64,000 nucleotides of DNA, taken from contig JAZRVF010000002.1 of NCBI GenBank assembly GCA_045599005.1, positions 19,317 to 83,316 of the forward strand, in the 5' to 3' direction. How positions within the stretch are numbered: the stretch's first letter is position 1; the number at the start of each line of letters is the position of its first letter. Under the pieces are notes generated by a model, which had not been told where the DNA came from, ran no database searches, and was given only the letters and a program-made list of their open reading frames with translations. A program made the position numbers and the translations under genes. Source of the stretch: Treponemataceae bacterium. GTDB taxonomy: Bacteria > Spirochaetota > Spirochaetia > Treponematales > Treponemataceae. Positions 37,804 to 46,862 of this stretch are shown one piece after another.

Positions 37804-39402
37804 ATGAAACAATTCATGAAGAAACTGGCACTGATTCTGCTGGTTCTCGCACTGGTTCTCCCTGCTGCATTTGCAAGAGGAAAGACCGAAACAACAGCTG
37901 CAGCACCCCAAGGTCCTGTAGACATCGAAATCTGGTACGGTGCACTTGCATCTGAATCAGGACCGCCACCGGACGACTGGGTTGTTTATGACATCGTTAA
38001 AGAAAAACTGAACATCAATCTTACACTTACAGCTCTTCCTTCATCACAGGATGACCAGACTGTAAAAGTAAACGCAGCTGGTGCTGCAAACGCTCTGCCT
38101 GATCTTTTCATGGTAGACCGTTCTTCATGGCTCAAACTCATCGATCAGGGGCTGGTTGCTGATGTTGACGACATGTATGCAAAAATGCCCAAACGTACAG
38201 CAACTCACTACGATGCTGCTTCACGTGCTTACACAACAGTAGACGGAAAATCATACGGTCTTGCTGATCCCGGAACAATCGTTCGTAACGAAGGTGTTCT
38301 TATCCGCAAAGACTGGCTTGATAACCTGGGACTTTCTGTTCCTGTTACGACAGAAGATTTCCTTGCTGTAATGAAAGCTTTCACATTCAACGATCCTGAT
38401 GGAAACGGAAAAGACGACACATGGGGATTCGGTGCTTATATCGAATCAGCAGCTGATGCTCTGGGACTCGGACGCCGTTTTGATCCTTTCGCAGGTGCTT
38501 TTGATGTAGCCGGTGTATGGGATATGTCAACAGGTAAACTGAACCTTTACAAAGATTCTTACTTCGACATGCTTACATACGTTAAAGCAATGGTTGACGC
38601 AAAAGTTATCGACCCCAACTGGACTTCTTACAAGAAAGACGATTTCCGTGCTGCATGGAAACAGGGAAAATTCGGTATCATGCGTGAACAGATGGCTGCT
38701 TATGCAAACGAAGCAAACTACAAACCCTTTGACCAGAACTTCCCTGACGGAGAATGGATTGTAATCGATCCTCCTAAAGGTCCTAAAGGATTCATGGGTG
38801 CTGGTACATTTGACCCCGCAGGTGGATTCCGTATCTATGCTGTTTCTCAGGATGCAGCAGATGCAGGCAAAAAAGATGCAATCGCATCTCTCCTTGAATG
38901 GATGGCTGACGAATCTGATGAAGGTGGTTACTGGACACTGGCTTACGGTGTAGAAGGTGTTAACTATACAAAAGATGCAAACGGTCTTCCTTCAAAAGAA
39001 GGTCTTGCTGATCCTTCTCTGGCATATACAGAATCAAAAGGTGTTCCTTACTGCCAGCTCCGTAACCTGGTAAGCTACAATGGTGATATCGAGCTTGGTC
39101 TCCGCTATCCTACATACAAAGCTGAAAAATCAGGTAAAACAATGTCTTCACTTGTAACACTCCGTGAAATGCAGGCTAAAGCATGGTACGACGGTACAAG
39201 TCAGGCAACAATGCCTACTCCTAATGCAGACGTAAAACGCTTCTATGAAGAAGGTGTCATCAAATTTGTAACAGGAAATACAGAACTGACAAAAGCAAAC
39301 TGGGATGCATTCCTTAAAGAGTTTGAGAAAGTCGGTGGTAAAGCATGGGCTGATGAAGGTTACGAATATGCAACCTCTAACGGCATCCTGCACAGCCGCT
39401 GA
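37804..39402 (+). CDS. Extracellular solute-binding protein (LplA-like large sugar-binding protein)
   Basis: 532 aa with signal peptide MKQFMKKLALILLVLALVLPAAFA and an AGGAGG RBS. Size and position match LplABC-type oligosaccharide importers. Confidence 0.8.
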   Translation: MKQFMKKLALILLVLALVLPAAFARGKTETTAAAPQGPVDIEIWYGALASESGPPPDDWVVYDIVKEKLNINLTLTALPSSQDDQTVKVNAAGAANALPDLFMVDRSSWLKLIDQGLVADVDDMYAKMPKRTATHYDAASRAYTTVDGKSYGLADPGTIVRNEGVLIRKDWLDNLGLSVPVTTEDFLAVMKAFTFNDPDGNGKDDTWGFGAYIESAADALGLGRRFDPFAGAFDVAGVWDMSTGKLNLYKDSYFDMLTYVKAMVDAKVIDPNWTSYKKDDFRAAWKQGKFGIMREQMAAYANEANYKPFDQNFPDGEWIVIDPPKGPKGFMGAGTFDPAGGFRIYAVSQDAADAGKKDAIASLLEWMADESDEGGYWTLAYGVEGVNYTKDANGLPSKEGLADPSLAYTESKGVPYCQLRNLVSYNGDIELGLRYPTYKAEKSGKTMSSLVTLREMQAKAWYDGTSQATMPTPNADVKRFYEEGVIKFVTGNTELTKANWDAFLKEFEKVGGKAWADEGYEYATSNGILHSR

Positions 39403-39459
39403 GATCTGACTTCACAGTGATTTTGCCGGGCTCTGTTCATGATGAATAAGGTCCGGTAA

Positions 39460-39490
39460 AAGGCGGCTCTTTTCTGTTGCCGCCTTTTTT
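39460..39490 (+). terminator. Rho-independent terminator after the binding-protein gene
   Basis: GGCGGC (39462-39467) pairs with GCCGCC (39479-39484), followed by T6. Confidence 0.65.
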
Positions 39491-39594
39491 ATGGGGTTTC
39501 TTAAACCATAAGATCCATTCTTTAGGATCTGTTTGAGAAACGCCACGAAAATAACGATAGAAAAATCTTTTGTACATACTTTAGGAGTATTAAT

Positions 39595-40737
39595 ATGGCC
39601 GACAATATGCAGAAAGAACCTGTTTCCTTAAGAATGAGCCGTTCTGTAATAGGACGTTATCTGCCTTCTCAGGTGAAATGGCATTATGAGCACGGTCTGG
39701 TGCTGCAGAGTATTTACGCGGTGGGCAAGCACTATGGAATTGATGAGTTTGCTCCCTGGGTAAAAATCATGTATGACACCAAAATCAATCCTGACGGAAC
39801 AATCAACACCTATAAAGATGATGAATTCAATCTGGACCAGATCAATCCCGGAAAACACCTTTTTGACCTGTATAAAGACACCGGAAAACAGTGTTACCGT
39901 GACGCAATAGAGATTCTCCGTGACCAGCTCCGGAATCATCCCCGCACTCAGAGCGGCGGTTTCTGGCACAAAAAGATCTATCCCTTCCAGATGTGGCTTG
40001 ACGGACTTTACATGGAAGGACCTTTCTATACCCGCTATGCAGCTGAGTTCGGCACCTTCGAGGATTTTGAGGACATTGTCCACCAGTTTGAGCTGGTTTA
40101 TCAGCATACCCGTGATCCTAAGACCGGACTCCTGTACCATGCCTGGGACGAATCCTGCAAACAGCTCTGGGCAGATCCTGAGACCGGCTGTTCTCCCCAC
40201 TTCTGGGGACGTGCCATGGGCTGGTACTGCATGGCAATTCTTGACGTACTTGACTTTATTCCCGATGACAGGGAACATGAGGCTCAGCGGGCAAAACTTG
40301 CAAAAATTGCCAATGAACTGGTAAAACCTGTCATCACTTTCCAGTCTGAGGAAAGCGGCTTGTGGTATCAGGTTCTGGATGCTGGAAAGCGTGCAAAAAA
40401 TTATCTGGAAACTTCAGCTTCCTCAATGTTTGTCCGCTTCCTGTACAAGCTTATCCGTGTGGGGCTTTTTGACGAGGCAGCGGCCGGGTTAACAAAAGAG
40501 GCCGTTCTTGAAGCCGCTTCAAAAGGTTACCGAGGCCTTTGCACAAGACTCAGTGAGGACGCAGACGGACTTCTGCACCTGTCAGGAATCTGTTCTGTTG
40601 CCGGTCTTGGCGGAAACCCTTACCGAGACGGTTCTTTTGAATACTACGTTAAAGAGGCGATTGTCTCTGATGACTTCAAGGGAGTAGGCCCTTTTATCCA
40701 GGCTTCTCTTGAAGCAGAAATGGCTTCCGAAGAATAA
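39595..40737 (+). CDS. Glycoside hydrolase family 105 (unsaturated rhamnogalacturonyl hydrolase, YteR/YesR-like)
   Basis: …WHYEHGLVLQS…, …GGFWHKKIYPFQMWLDGLYMEGPFY…, …LLYHAWDES… and …WGRAMGWYCMA… are GH105/GH88-type motifs. No signal peptide. Confidence 0.8.
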   Translation: MADNMQKEPVSLRMSRSVIGRYLPSQVKWHYEHGLVLQSIYAVGKHYGIDEFAPWVKIMYDTKINPDGTINTYKDDEFNLDQINPGKHLFDLYKDTGKQCYRDAIEILRDQLRNHPRTQSGGFWHKKIYPFQMWLDGLYMEGPFYTRYAAEFGTFEDFEDIVHQFELVYQHTRDPKTGLLYHAWDESCKQLWADPETGCSPHFWGRAMGWYCMAILDVLDFIPDDREHEAQRAKLAKIANELVKPVITFQSEESGLWYQVLDAGKRAKNYLETSASSMFVRFLYKLIRVGLFDEAAAGLTKEAVLEAASKGYRGLCTRLSEDADGLLHLSGICSVAGLGGNPYRDGSFEYYVKEAIVSDDFKGVGPFIQASLEAEMASEE

Positions 40738-40739
40738 TA

Positions 40740-42110
40740 ATGGCAAAAAACGGACTGACCGGCAGCGACTCCAGAAGACGCGATTTTATCCTTAACGGCA
40801 GCATGTGGCGTGTTGTTCCTTATATCTGCATGCCTCTTGCGCTTTATCAGGGATTCACCGGACTTTTCAAGGTAATAGACAATCTGATGGCCTCGCACAT
40901 CGGGGCCGCCAGTGTTTCCGCCGTTGCCTATCTTAATCAGATCAACCAGATCATCATGGCAATAGGAAACGGACTTGCTGTCGGCGGCGGAATCCTTATA
41001 AGCCGTAATTACGGTGGCGGAGATTTTGACAAAGTCAAGAAGTTTGTAAGTTCCCTTTTTGCAATGTGCTGCATCCTTTCTGCCGCTGTTCTCATGCTTA
41101 TCCCGATCACACCGCTGGTTCTCAAGTTTTTCGGAACGCCCCAGGCTCTGATTGACGAAGGACGTGGATATTTTGCAATAGGAATCGTAAACCTGGTTAT
41201 AACCTTCTTCAACAGTGTCTACATGGCTGTTGAACGTTCTCGTGGAAACTCAAAGAAAATCCTGATTCTTAACATTATCTCAATCATTGTAAAGTTTGTC
41301 CTGACGGCGATTTTTGTTTATGTGCTTGAAAGCGGACTTGAGATGGTCGCATTTGCAGGCTGTCTTGCCAGTCTTTCAATTCTTCTTCCGGGACTTATCA
41401 CATTGATTTTTGAAAAAAGCGTTTTTTCTTTCAGTCCCCGATCGGTTTCATTCAACAGAGAAATTTCCGGCAGCCTGCTTAATCTGAGTTATCCTGTGGT
41501 AATTGATAAAATGTCTTTCGCGGCTGGAAAAATCGCGGTCAACAGAATGAGCGCCGACTTTGGTGATCTTACTGTAGGAGCACTGGGCATTTCCGACAAT
41601 ATCAACGGACTGGTCACCAATCTTCAGAATGGATTCCAGGACGGCTGTGCGAGCATTGTCAGCCAGAACATAGGAGCCGGGAACAGGAAACGGGCAATGG
41701 AAGCTGTTAAAGTTTCCTTTACATGGACATTGTGTATCAGCATAATAGGATTCACGCTCAGCTGGGTATTTCTTCCACAGATTGCGGCTCTTTTTTCCGG
41801 TGGCGACGATGATTTTGCCGCCATAATAATGTGGATCTACAGGTACGAAGCCATAGGAATCATTCCCATGTCCCTGAATACAGCTAGTATGTCCGTGCTT
41901 TACGGATTCGGTAAGACAAAACTGACTTTTGTGGTCAATTTTTGCCGTGTCCTTGTGTTCCGGGTTCCTGTTCTGTGGTTCATGAAAAACTTTACAGATC
42001 TGGGGCTGACGAGTGTTGGACTGGTTATCTGCTTCAGCAATATCTGCGTAAGTTTTCTGAGTTTCGCTATAGCTCTGGTAGTTTATAGAAAAGAAATAAG
42101 GGGAAAGTGA
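40740..42110 (+). CDS. MATE family efflux transporter
   Basis: 456 aa with about 12 TM helices and the typical MATE N-terminus (…ILNGSMWRVVPYICMPLALYQGF…). Confidence 0.8.
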   Translation: MAKNGLTGSDSRRRDFILNGSMWRVVPYICMPLALYQGFTGLFKVIDNLMASHIGAASVSAVAYLNQINQIIMAIGNGLAVGGGILISRNYGGGDFDKVKKFVSSLFAMCCILSAAVLMLIPITPLVLKFFGTPQALIDEGRGYFAIGIVNLVITFFNSVYMAVERSRGNSKKILILNIISIIVKFVLTAIFVYVLESGLEMVAFAGCLASLSILLPGLITLIFEKSVFSFSPRSVSFNREISGSLLNLSYPVVIDKMSFAAGKIAVNRMSADFGDLTVGALGISDNINGLVTNLQNGFQDGCASIVSQNIGAGNRKRAMEAVKVSFTWTLCISIIGFTLSWVFLPQIAALFSGGDDDFAAIIMWIYRYEAIGIIPMSLNTASMSVLYGFGKTKLTFVVNFCRVLVFRVPVLWFMKNFTDLGLTSVGLVICFSNICVSFLSFAIALVVYRKEIRGK

Positions 42111-43172
42111 TTGGGCAAAAAACTGATTTTAACAGTTGCTCCTTCCGGAAGCAAAAAAACATTGAAAGCTGATTTCTATAATCTTCAGGATGCTTTTGAT
42201 GCTGTAATGGATGATTTTTCCTGCACTTCTGCAGAGATTCTTCTTTCTCCGGGAGTTTACTCAGGACAGTTTTATTTTGACGGATGGAGAAAAGGATATC
42301 TTGACCCGGTTTCTCTTTCTGTCAAGGGAATACACCGTAGCGGCACTATTCTTTCTGGGTCTCTTTATGCAAACCAGCCTTACGAAGATGATGTTAAGCG
42401 TGGAACATTCAGGAGTTACACACTTTTTGTCAGCGGGCCTTCTGTTTCTCTGACAAACCTTACAATTGAAAACACAGCTGGACATCTGCCGCCCAAAGGA
42501 CTTGGCCGTTGTAGTGGGCAGGCTGTGGCTCTTTACGCTGACTCGGATGAGTTTTACGGAAAAAACCTGGTTCTGCTTGGTCATCAGGATACACTTTTCT
42601 GCGGTCCGCTTCCAGAGGCGGAACGTGAACCTGGCGGTTTCAACGGTCCTCGGCGGGATTTTCCCAGACGCAGTTCAACAATGCTTTTTGAGAAATGCCG
42701 CATAGAAGGCACAATTGACTTTATTTTTGGTGGGGCTTCGGCCTGGTTTGACCGCTGCCAGATTGTGCTCCGTCCCCTTTACCGGGTTACAAGGGACCCG
42801 GACCATGACAGTGGAAAGAATGCTTTCCGATACATAGCAGCTCCATGCGCAGATAAGGCCGGAACAAAGCCCCCTTTAATGCGCAAAAAGTTTCTGTCCG
42901 CTTCAAAAAAAGATTACTTGGGATTTCTTTTTAACAGATGCAGTCTGACTGAAAGTGATTTTTCTCTCCTGAAAAGAAAAGACGGTCTTTACATCCAGGA
43001 AGCGCCGGTTTATCTTGCCCGGCCCTGGAGACCCTTCGGTGGCGCTGCCTTTGTAAACTGCCGGATGCAGAAAGGCCTGATTGCCCCTGAAAGATTCAGA
43101 GGTTGGAAAGACCTTGAAGACAAGGCAGATGCGATGTTTGATGAAAGAGGGACAAAGCTGTTCCGTTCCTGA
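42111..43172 (+). CDS. Pectinesterase (carbohydrate esterase family 8), apparently cytoplasmic
   Basis: GQAVALY, GHQDTLF, GTIDFIFGG and LARPW boxes. The TTG start abuts the MATE stop. No signal peptide is visible. Confidence 0.8.
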   Translation: MGKKLILTVAPSGSKKTLKADFYNLQDAFDAVMDDFSCTSAEILLSPGVYSGQFYFDGWRKGYLDPVSLSVKGIHRSGTILSGSLYANQPYEDDVKRGTFRSYTLFVSGPSVSLTNLTIENTAGHLPPKGLGRCSGQAVALYADSDEFYGKNLVLLGHQDTLFCGPLPEAEREPGGFNGPRRDFPRRSSTMLFEKCRIEGTIDFIFGGASAWFDRCQIVLRPLYRVTRDPDHDSGKNAFRYIAAPCADKAGTKPPLMRKKFLSASKKDYLGFLFNRCSLTESDFSLLKRKDGLYIQEAPVYLARPWRPFGGAAFVNCRMQKGLIAPERFRGWKDLEDKADAMFDERGTKLFRS

Positions 43173-43213
43173 AGATTTTGCGAAGGTTTTTTTTAGAAAA
43201 CATTTGAATCCTA

Positions 43214-43242
43214 TTGACACAAATCCCTGTTTTCGGTACATT
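43214..43242 (+). promoter_or_regulatory. Putative promoter of tRNA-Leu
   Basis: TTGACA (43214-43219), a 17-nt spacer, TACATT (43237-43242), 11 nt upstream of the tRNA 5' end. Confidence 0.45.
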
Positions 43243-43253
43243 ATACTCAACTT

Positions 43254-43337
43254 GCCCAGATGGTGGAATTGGTAGACACGCTAGTTTCAGGTACTAGAGC
43301 CTTCACGGGCGTGCAAGTTCAAGTCTTGTTCTGGGCA
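43254..43337 (+). tRNA. tRNA-Leu (anticodon CAG), class II with long variable arm
   Basis: Acceptor stem GCCCAGA/TCTGGGC with discriminator A. D-arm GTGGAATTGGTAGACAC. Anticodon arm CTAGT-TTCAGGT-ACTAG. Long variable arm. T-arm GCAAG-TTCAAGT-CTTGT. No CCA is encoded. Confidence 0.9.
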
Positions 43338-43341
43338 ACTT

Positions 43342-43370
43342 AAGCAGCTTTTCGAAGCTGCTTTTTTTTT
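43342..43370 (+). terminator. Rho-independent terminator after tRNA-Leu
   Basis: AAGCAGCTT-TTCG-AAGCTGCTT followed by a T-run (to 43370). Confidence 0.8.
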
Positions 43371-43408
43371 GCTTTTTCCCTTTCTTTTATTCCAATACGC
43401 TATAAATG

Positions 43409-43435
43409 AAAAAAGCCCCCGAAAATCGGAGGCTT
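43409..43435 (-). terminator. Rho-independent terminator of gap
   Basis: The minus-strand RNA reads GCCUCCGA-UUU-UCGGGGGC (one G-U pair) followed by U6 (plus-strand A-run 43409-43414). Confidence 0.65.
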
Positions 43436-43461
43436 CTTACAAAAACTAACTGTTCACAAGA

Positions 43462-44490
43462 TTAGTTGAGTTCAGCAAAGTATTTGATTGTACGTACCAT
43501 CTGGCTTGTGTAGCTGTTTTCGTTGTCGTACCAAGAAGTAACCTGTACTTCGTATGTGTCGTCGTCAACTTTAGCAACCATTGTCTGTGTTGCATCAAAG
43601 AGTGAACCGTATTTCATACCGATGATGTCGGAAGAAACGATTTCGTCTTCGTTGTAACCGAAAGATTCAGTTGCAGCAGCTTTCATTGCAGCGTTGATTC
43701 CTTCTTTTGTTACATCTTTGCCTTTTACTACAGCAAAAAGCAGAGTTGTTGATCCAGTAGGAGTAGGAACGCGCTGAGCAGCACCGATCAGTTTTCCGTT
43801 CAGTTCGGGGATAACCAGACCGATTGCTTTTGCAGCACCTGTGCTGTTAGGAACGATGTTTGCAGCACCTGCGCGTGAACGGCGGAGATCGCCTTTTCTC
43901 TGGGGACCGTCAAGAATCATCTGGTCACCTGTGTAAGCGTGGATTGTGCACATAATACCGCTCTGGATAGGAGCATATTTGTTCAGTGCGTCTGCCATAG
44001 GAGCGAGACAGTTTGTTGTACAAGAAGCAGCAGAAATAACTGTGTCGTCTTTTGTCAGTGTTTTGTGGTTTACATTGTATACGATGGTGGGAAGGTCGTT
44101 ACCAGCGGGAGCTGAGATAACAACTTTTTTTGCACCAGCAGCAATGTGTGCAGAAGCTTTTTCTTTTGATGTGTAGAAACCTGTGCATTCAAGAACAACG
44201 TCTACATTGTATTTTGCCCAAGGGCAGTTTGCAGCGTCTTTTTCTGCAGAGATTTTGATTTCTTTTCCATCAACTACGATAGAATCTTCTGTAGCTTCTA
44301 CAGTGTGTTTTCCTTCTCCGATTTTTCCCATGAAACCGCCCTGAGCAGTATCATATTTGAGAAGGTGTGCAAGCATTTTGGGGCTTGTAAGATCGTTGAT
44401 AGCTACAACTTCGTAACCATCAGCTTCGAACATCTGGCGGAATGCCAAACGACCAATGCGGCCGAAACCGTTAATAGCAACTTTAACCAT
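43462..44490 (-). CDS. gap: Type I glyceraldehyde-3-phosphate dehydrogenase
   Basis: ORF 43462..44592. The true start is probably 44490 ([15 protein letters not shown], with AGGAG upstream). Active site SCTTNCLAP. Confidence 0.95.
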   Translation of the reverse strand: MVKVAINGFGRIGRLAFRQMFEADGYEVVAINDLTSPKMLAHLLKYDTAQGGFMGKIGEGKHTVEATEDSIVVDGKEIKISAEKDAANCPWAKYNVDVVLECTGFYTSKEKASAHIAAGAKKVVISAPAGNDLPTIVYNVNHKTLTKDDTVISAASCTTNCLAPMADALNKYAPIQSGIMCTIHAYTGDQMILDGPQRKGDLRRSRAGAANIVPNSTGAAKAIGLVIPELNGKLIGAAQRVPTPTGSTTLLFAVVKGKDVTKEGINAAMKAAATESFGYNEDEIVSSDIIGMKYGSLFDATQTMVAKVDDDTYEVQVTSWYDNENSYTSQMVRTIKYFAELN

Positions 44491-44634
44491 TGTTGGTGAC
44501 TCCTGTCTATAAAAGTTTATAGAATAATAATCTTTTTTGACATACTTGGTCAATATGTTCAAATGTTGGAGAAACTTTGCAACGCTTTTCATACACTTGC
44601 GTTATCCCGGGTTGTGCATTAGAATTCTTCCATT

Positions 44635-45210
44635 ATGACAGACGGAACAATTCGCGGACTCACTGTCCGCAACAGATCATTCAGAAAATTTGACCAGAAA
44701 AAGGCAATTAGCCGTGAGACACTGGAAGAACTTGTGGACATTTCCCGCTACACAGCATCGGGAGCAAATAAGCAGCCCACACGCTACATGCTTTTCTGCA
44801 GACCGGAAGAGAACAGCCGTGTCTTTGAGGCACTGCGCTGGGCCGCTTTCTATAAGGACTGGGAAGGTCCCGCGGAAGGCGAGCGTCCATCAGCCTATAT
44901 CGTCATGCTTGAACCGGAAGGAACAGCTGCGGGCTGGGACGAGGGGATAAAAGGCCAGACAATGCTTCTAGCCGCTTCGGAAAAAGGGATCGGGGGATGT
45001 TTCATCGCCAACATTGATAAGAAACTTCTTTCCGAGAACATTGCAATCCCTCAGGGATACGGAGTCACCCTTGTCCTTGCACTTGGATATCCTGGGGAAA
45101 AAGTCAATCTTACTGAAATATCTGCTGAAGAGGATTCAAAATACTACCGGGACGAAAATGGGACACAGACAGTCCCGAAAATCGTCCTTAAAGACCTTAT
45201 CTTGAACTGA
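44635..45210 (+). CDS. Nitroreductase family protein
   Basis: …RNRSFRKFDQ…ISRYTASGANKQPTRY… and …GIGGCFI… are typical of NfnB/NfsA-like nitroreductases. Confidence 0.8.
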   Translation: MTDGTIRGLTVRNRSFRKFDQKKAISRETLEELVDISRYTASGANKQPTRYMLFCRPEENSRVFEALRWAAFYKDWEGPAEGERPSAYIVMLEPEGTAAGWDEGIKGQTMLLAASEKGIGGCFIANIDKKLLSENIAIPQGYGVTLVLALGYPGEKVNLTEISAEEDSKYYRDENGTQTVPKIVLKDLILN

Positions 45211-45236
45211 CTGATTCAACAGGCTGGGGAAGGGGC

Positions 45237-45602
45237 TTACTCCTCTTTTCCGGAGCAGTTCTCGCAGAGAAAATAGACGTTCAGATCGTAGGCCAGGACA
45301 GAAGTCCCGGTCTTTTTTGACAGATCCGGAATCAGATCCCTGAAGTTGAAGTCTTTAATCTTTCCGCATTTTCTACAGATAAGATGGTCATGAGGAACTG
45401 CTTTGTCGTAGCGGTCATTCTGATTCTGAAATGAGAGTTTTCTGATATGTCCGTCTGCATAAAGTGAATTCAGACTGTTGTACACTGTGGCCAGAGACAT
45501 TTTCATTCCTGAGGCAGTCACTTTCTGGAAAATGCCTTCTGCTGTCATGTGATCATCTGAAGTATAAATAAGATTAAGTATTTCTTTGCAGTTTTTTGTC
45601 AT
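45237..45602 (-). CDS. Fur family transcriptional regulator (PerR/Zur-like)
   Basis: Winged-helix part …MSLATVYNSLNSLYADGHIRKL…, HDHLICRKCGKIKDF and the C-terminal CENC (a CxxC…CxxC structural Zn site). Confidence 0.8.
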   Translation of the reverse strand: MTKNCKEILNLIYTSDDHMTAEGIFQKVTASGMKMSLATVYNSLNSLYADGHIRKLSFQNQNDRYDKAVPHDHLICRKCGKIKDFNFRDLIPDLSKKTGTSVLAYDLNVYFLCENCSGKEE

Positions 45603-45637
45603 ATAACAATTAGAATAATTCTAAGATTGTGAATTTG

Positions 45638-45838
45638 TCAACTGTCCCTGTCAGTCTGCTCTTCCGGCAGGACAAGCATTTCCGCATCTTCGTGACCATG
45701 AAGCACATTCTTAGCGTTAAAAGATAGACCGGGCTCAGTGGAAGAGGATTCAGTTTTCTGCTTTTGGACAGAGACGGCCGGCTTTACAGGCGGACTGTAC
45801 TGCCGGCGCATCATTGCATAATATTCCTGGTCAAGCAT
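45638..45838 (-). CDS. Small hypothetical protein (66 aa), uncertain
   Basis: The ORF starts 4 nt after the upstream stop and fills the gap to the Fur-family gene. No recognisable motifs. Confidence 0.25.
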   Translation of the reverse strand: MLDQEYYAMMRRQYSPPVKPAVSVQKQKTESSSTEPGLSFNAKNVLHGHEDAEMLVLPEEQTDRDS

Positions 45839-45842
45839 TCTC

Positions 45843-46859
45843 TCAGAAACGGATTTTATCAGCGGTGATGTCCGTCAGTGTGGGGCAGTCTGTCATCAGC
45901 ATGATTTCTTTCAGCTGAGCCATGATTCTCTTTGTATAAAGGGCAACACCTTCCGCACCGCCGCCATGGGCAGCAATTGTGTAAGGACGGCCGATAAGAA
46001 CAGCGTCAGCACCCAGAGCGATACATTTGAAGACATCGGCGCCGGAACGGATACCGCCGTCAACAAAGATCTTGAAGTCTTTGCCCACAGCCGCCCGGAT
46101 TTCCTGCAGTTTGGAGGCCGGACAGGGAGTGTCCTCAAGAATGCGTCCGCCATGGGATGAGACCACAACACCGTAGGCTCCGGCTTTTCTGCAGAGCTCG
46201 GCACTTTTTGCAGTCATCACGCCCTTCACCACAAAAGGCATCTTTGTGCAGGAAGCAATCTCTGCAATCTCTTCGGCAGGTTTTGTCGTTACAGGTTTCC
46301 CCAGCAGCTTGAGATTGATGAGGGCCGCGGAATCAATGTCCATTGCAAAAGCCATTGCTCCGGCTTCCTCCACCATGCGGATCTGCTTCCTGATCTTGTC
46401 CAGTTCCCAAGGCTTCATGGTGGGAACTGCAAGACCATCCACTTCCTTGAAAGCAGGAATTGTGGAGGTGAAGTAATCATCCTTGGGGCCGTCACCGGTA
46501 AAACCGAAGGATCCGCATTCATGGGTGCCGGAGCAGATCTTCTTTGCGTAATCCGCCTCGGTAAGGTGGCCTGTGTAGTTCAGTGCCATTCCTCCGATGG
46601 GTGCCGGAAAAAAGGGCACAGAGAATTTATGGCCGAAAAGCGTGATTGAGGTATCAGCCTCAAAATGAGGGTGAACCGCGTCCATCTCAACTTTAATAGT
46701 CTTAAAAAAATCTCTGCATACAGTAAAAGCCCGTCCGCTTCCCACACCGCCGCAACCGGGAATCTCGCCTTTACAGGCAAGACCGTTGCATTCCGGGCAT
46801 ACACGGCATTTGGGAGCCAGGACTTTTCTTGCGTTTTCCAGCACTTCTTCGTAGGTCAT
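45843..46859 (-). CDS. FMN-dependent alpha-hydroxy-acid dehydrogenase/oxidase family protein with Cys-rich N-terminus
   Basis: …VVKGVMTAKSAE…VVVSSHGGR…FVDGGIRSGADVFKCIALGADAVLIGRP… is an FMN_dh TIM barrel. The N-terminus carries CRVCPECNGLACKGEIPGCGG. Confidence 0.7.
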   Translation of the reverse strand: MTYEEVLENARKVLAPKCRVCPECNGLACKGEIPGCGGVGSGRAFTVCRDFFKTIKVEMDAVHPHFEADTSITLFGHKFSVPFFPAPIGGMALNYTGHLTEADYAKKICSGTHECGSFGFTGDGPKDDYFTSTIPAFKEVDGLAVPTMKPWELDKIRKQIRMVEEAGAMAFAMDIDSAALINLKLLGKPVTTKPAEEIAEIASCTKMPFVVKGVMTAKSAELCRKAGAYGVVVSSHGGRILEDTPCPASKLQEIRAAVGKDFKIFVDGGIRSGADVFKCIALGADAVLIGRPYTIAAHGGGAEGVALYTKRIMAQLKEIMLMTDCPTLTDITADKIRF

Positions 46860-46862
46860 CTT

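Noticed and set aside
39628-40278. 216-aa minus-strand ORF inside the GH105 gene
   Set aside because: The plus-strand frame carries the GH105 motifs. The antisense product has no features.
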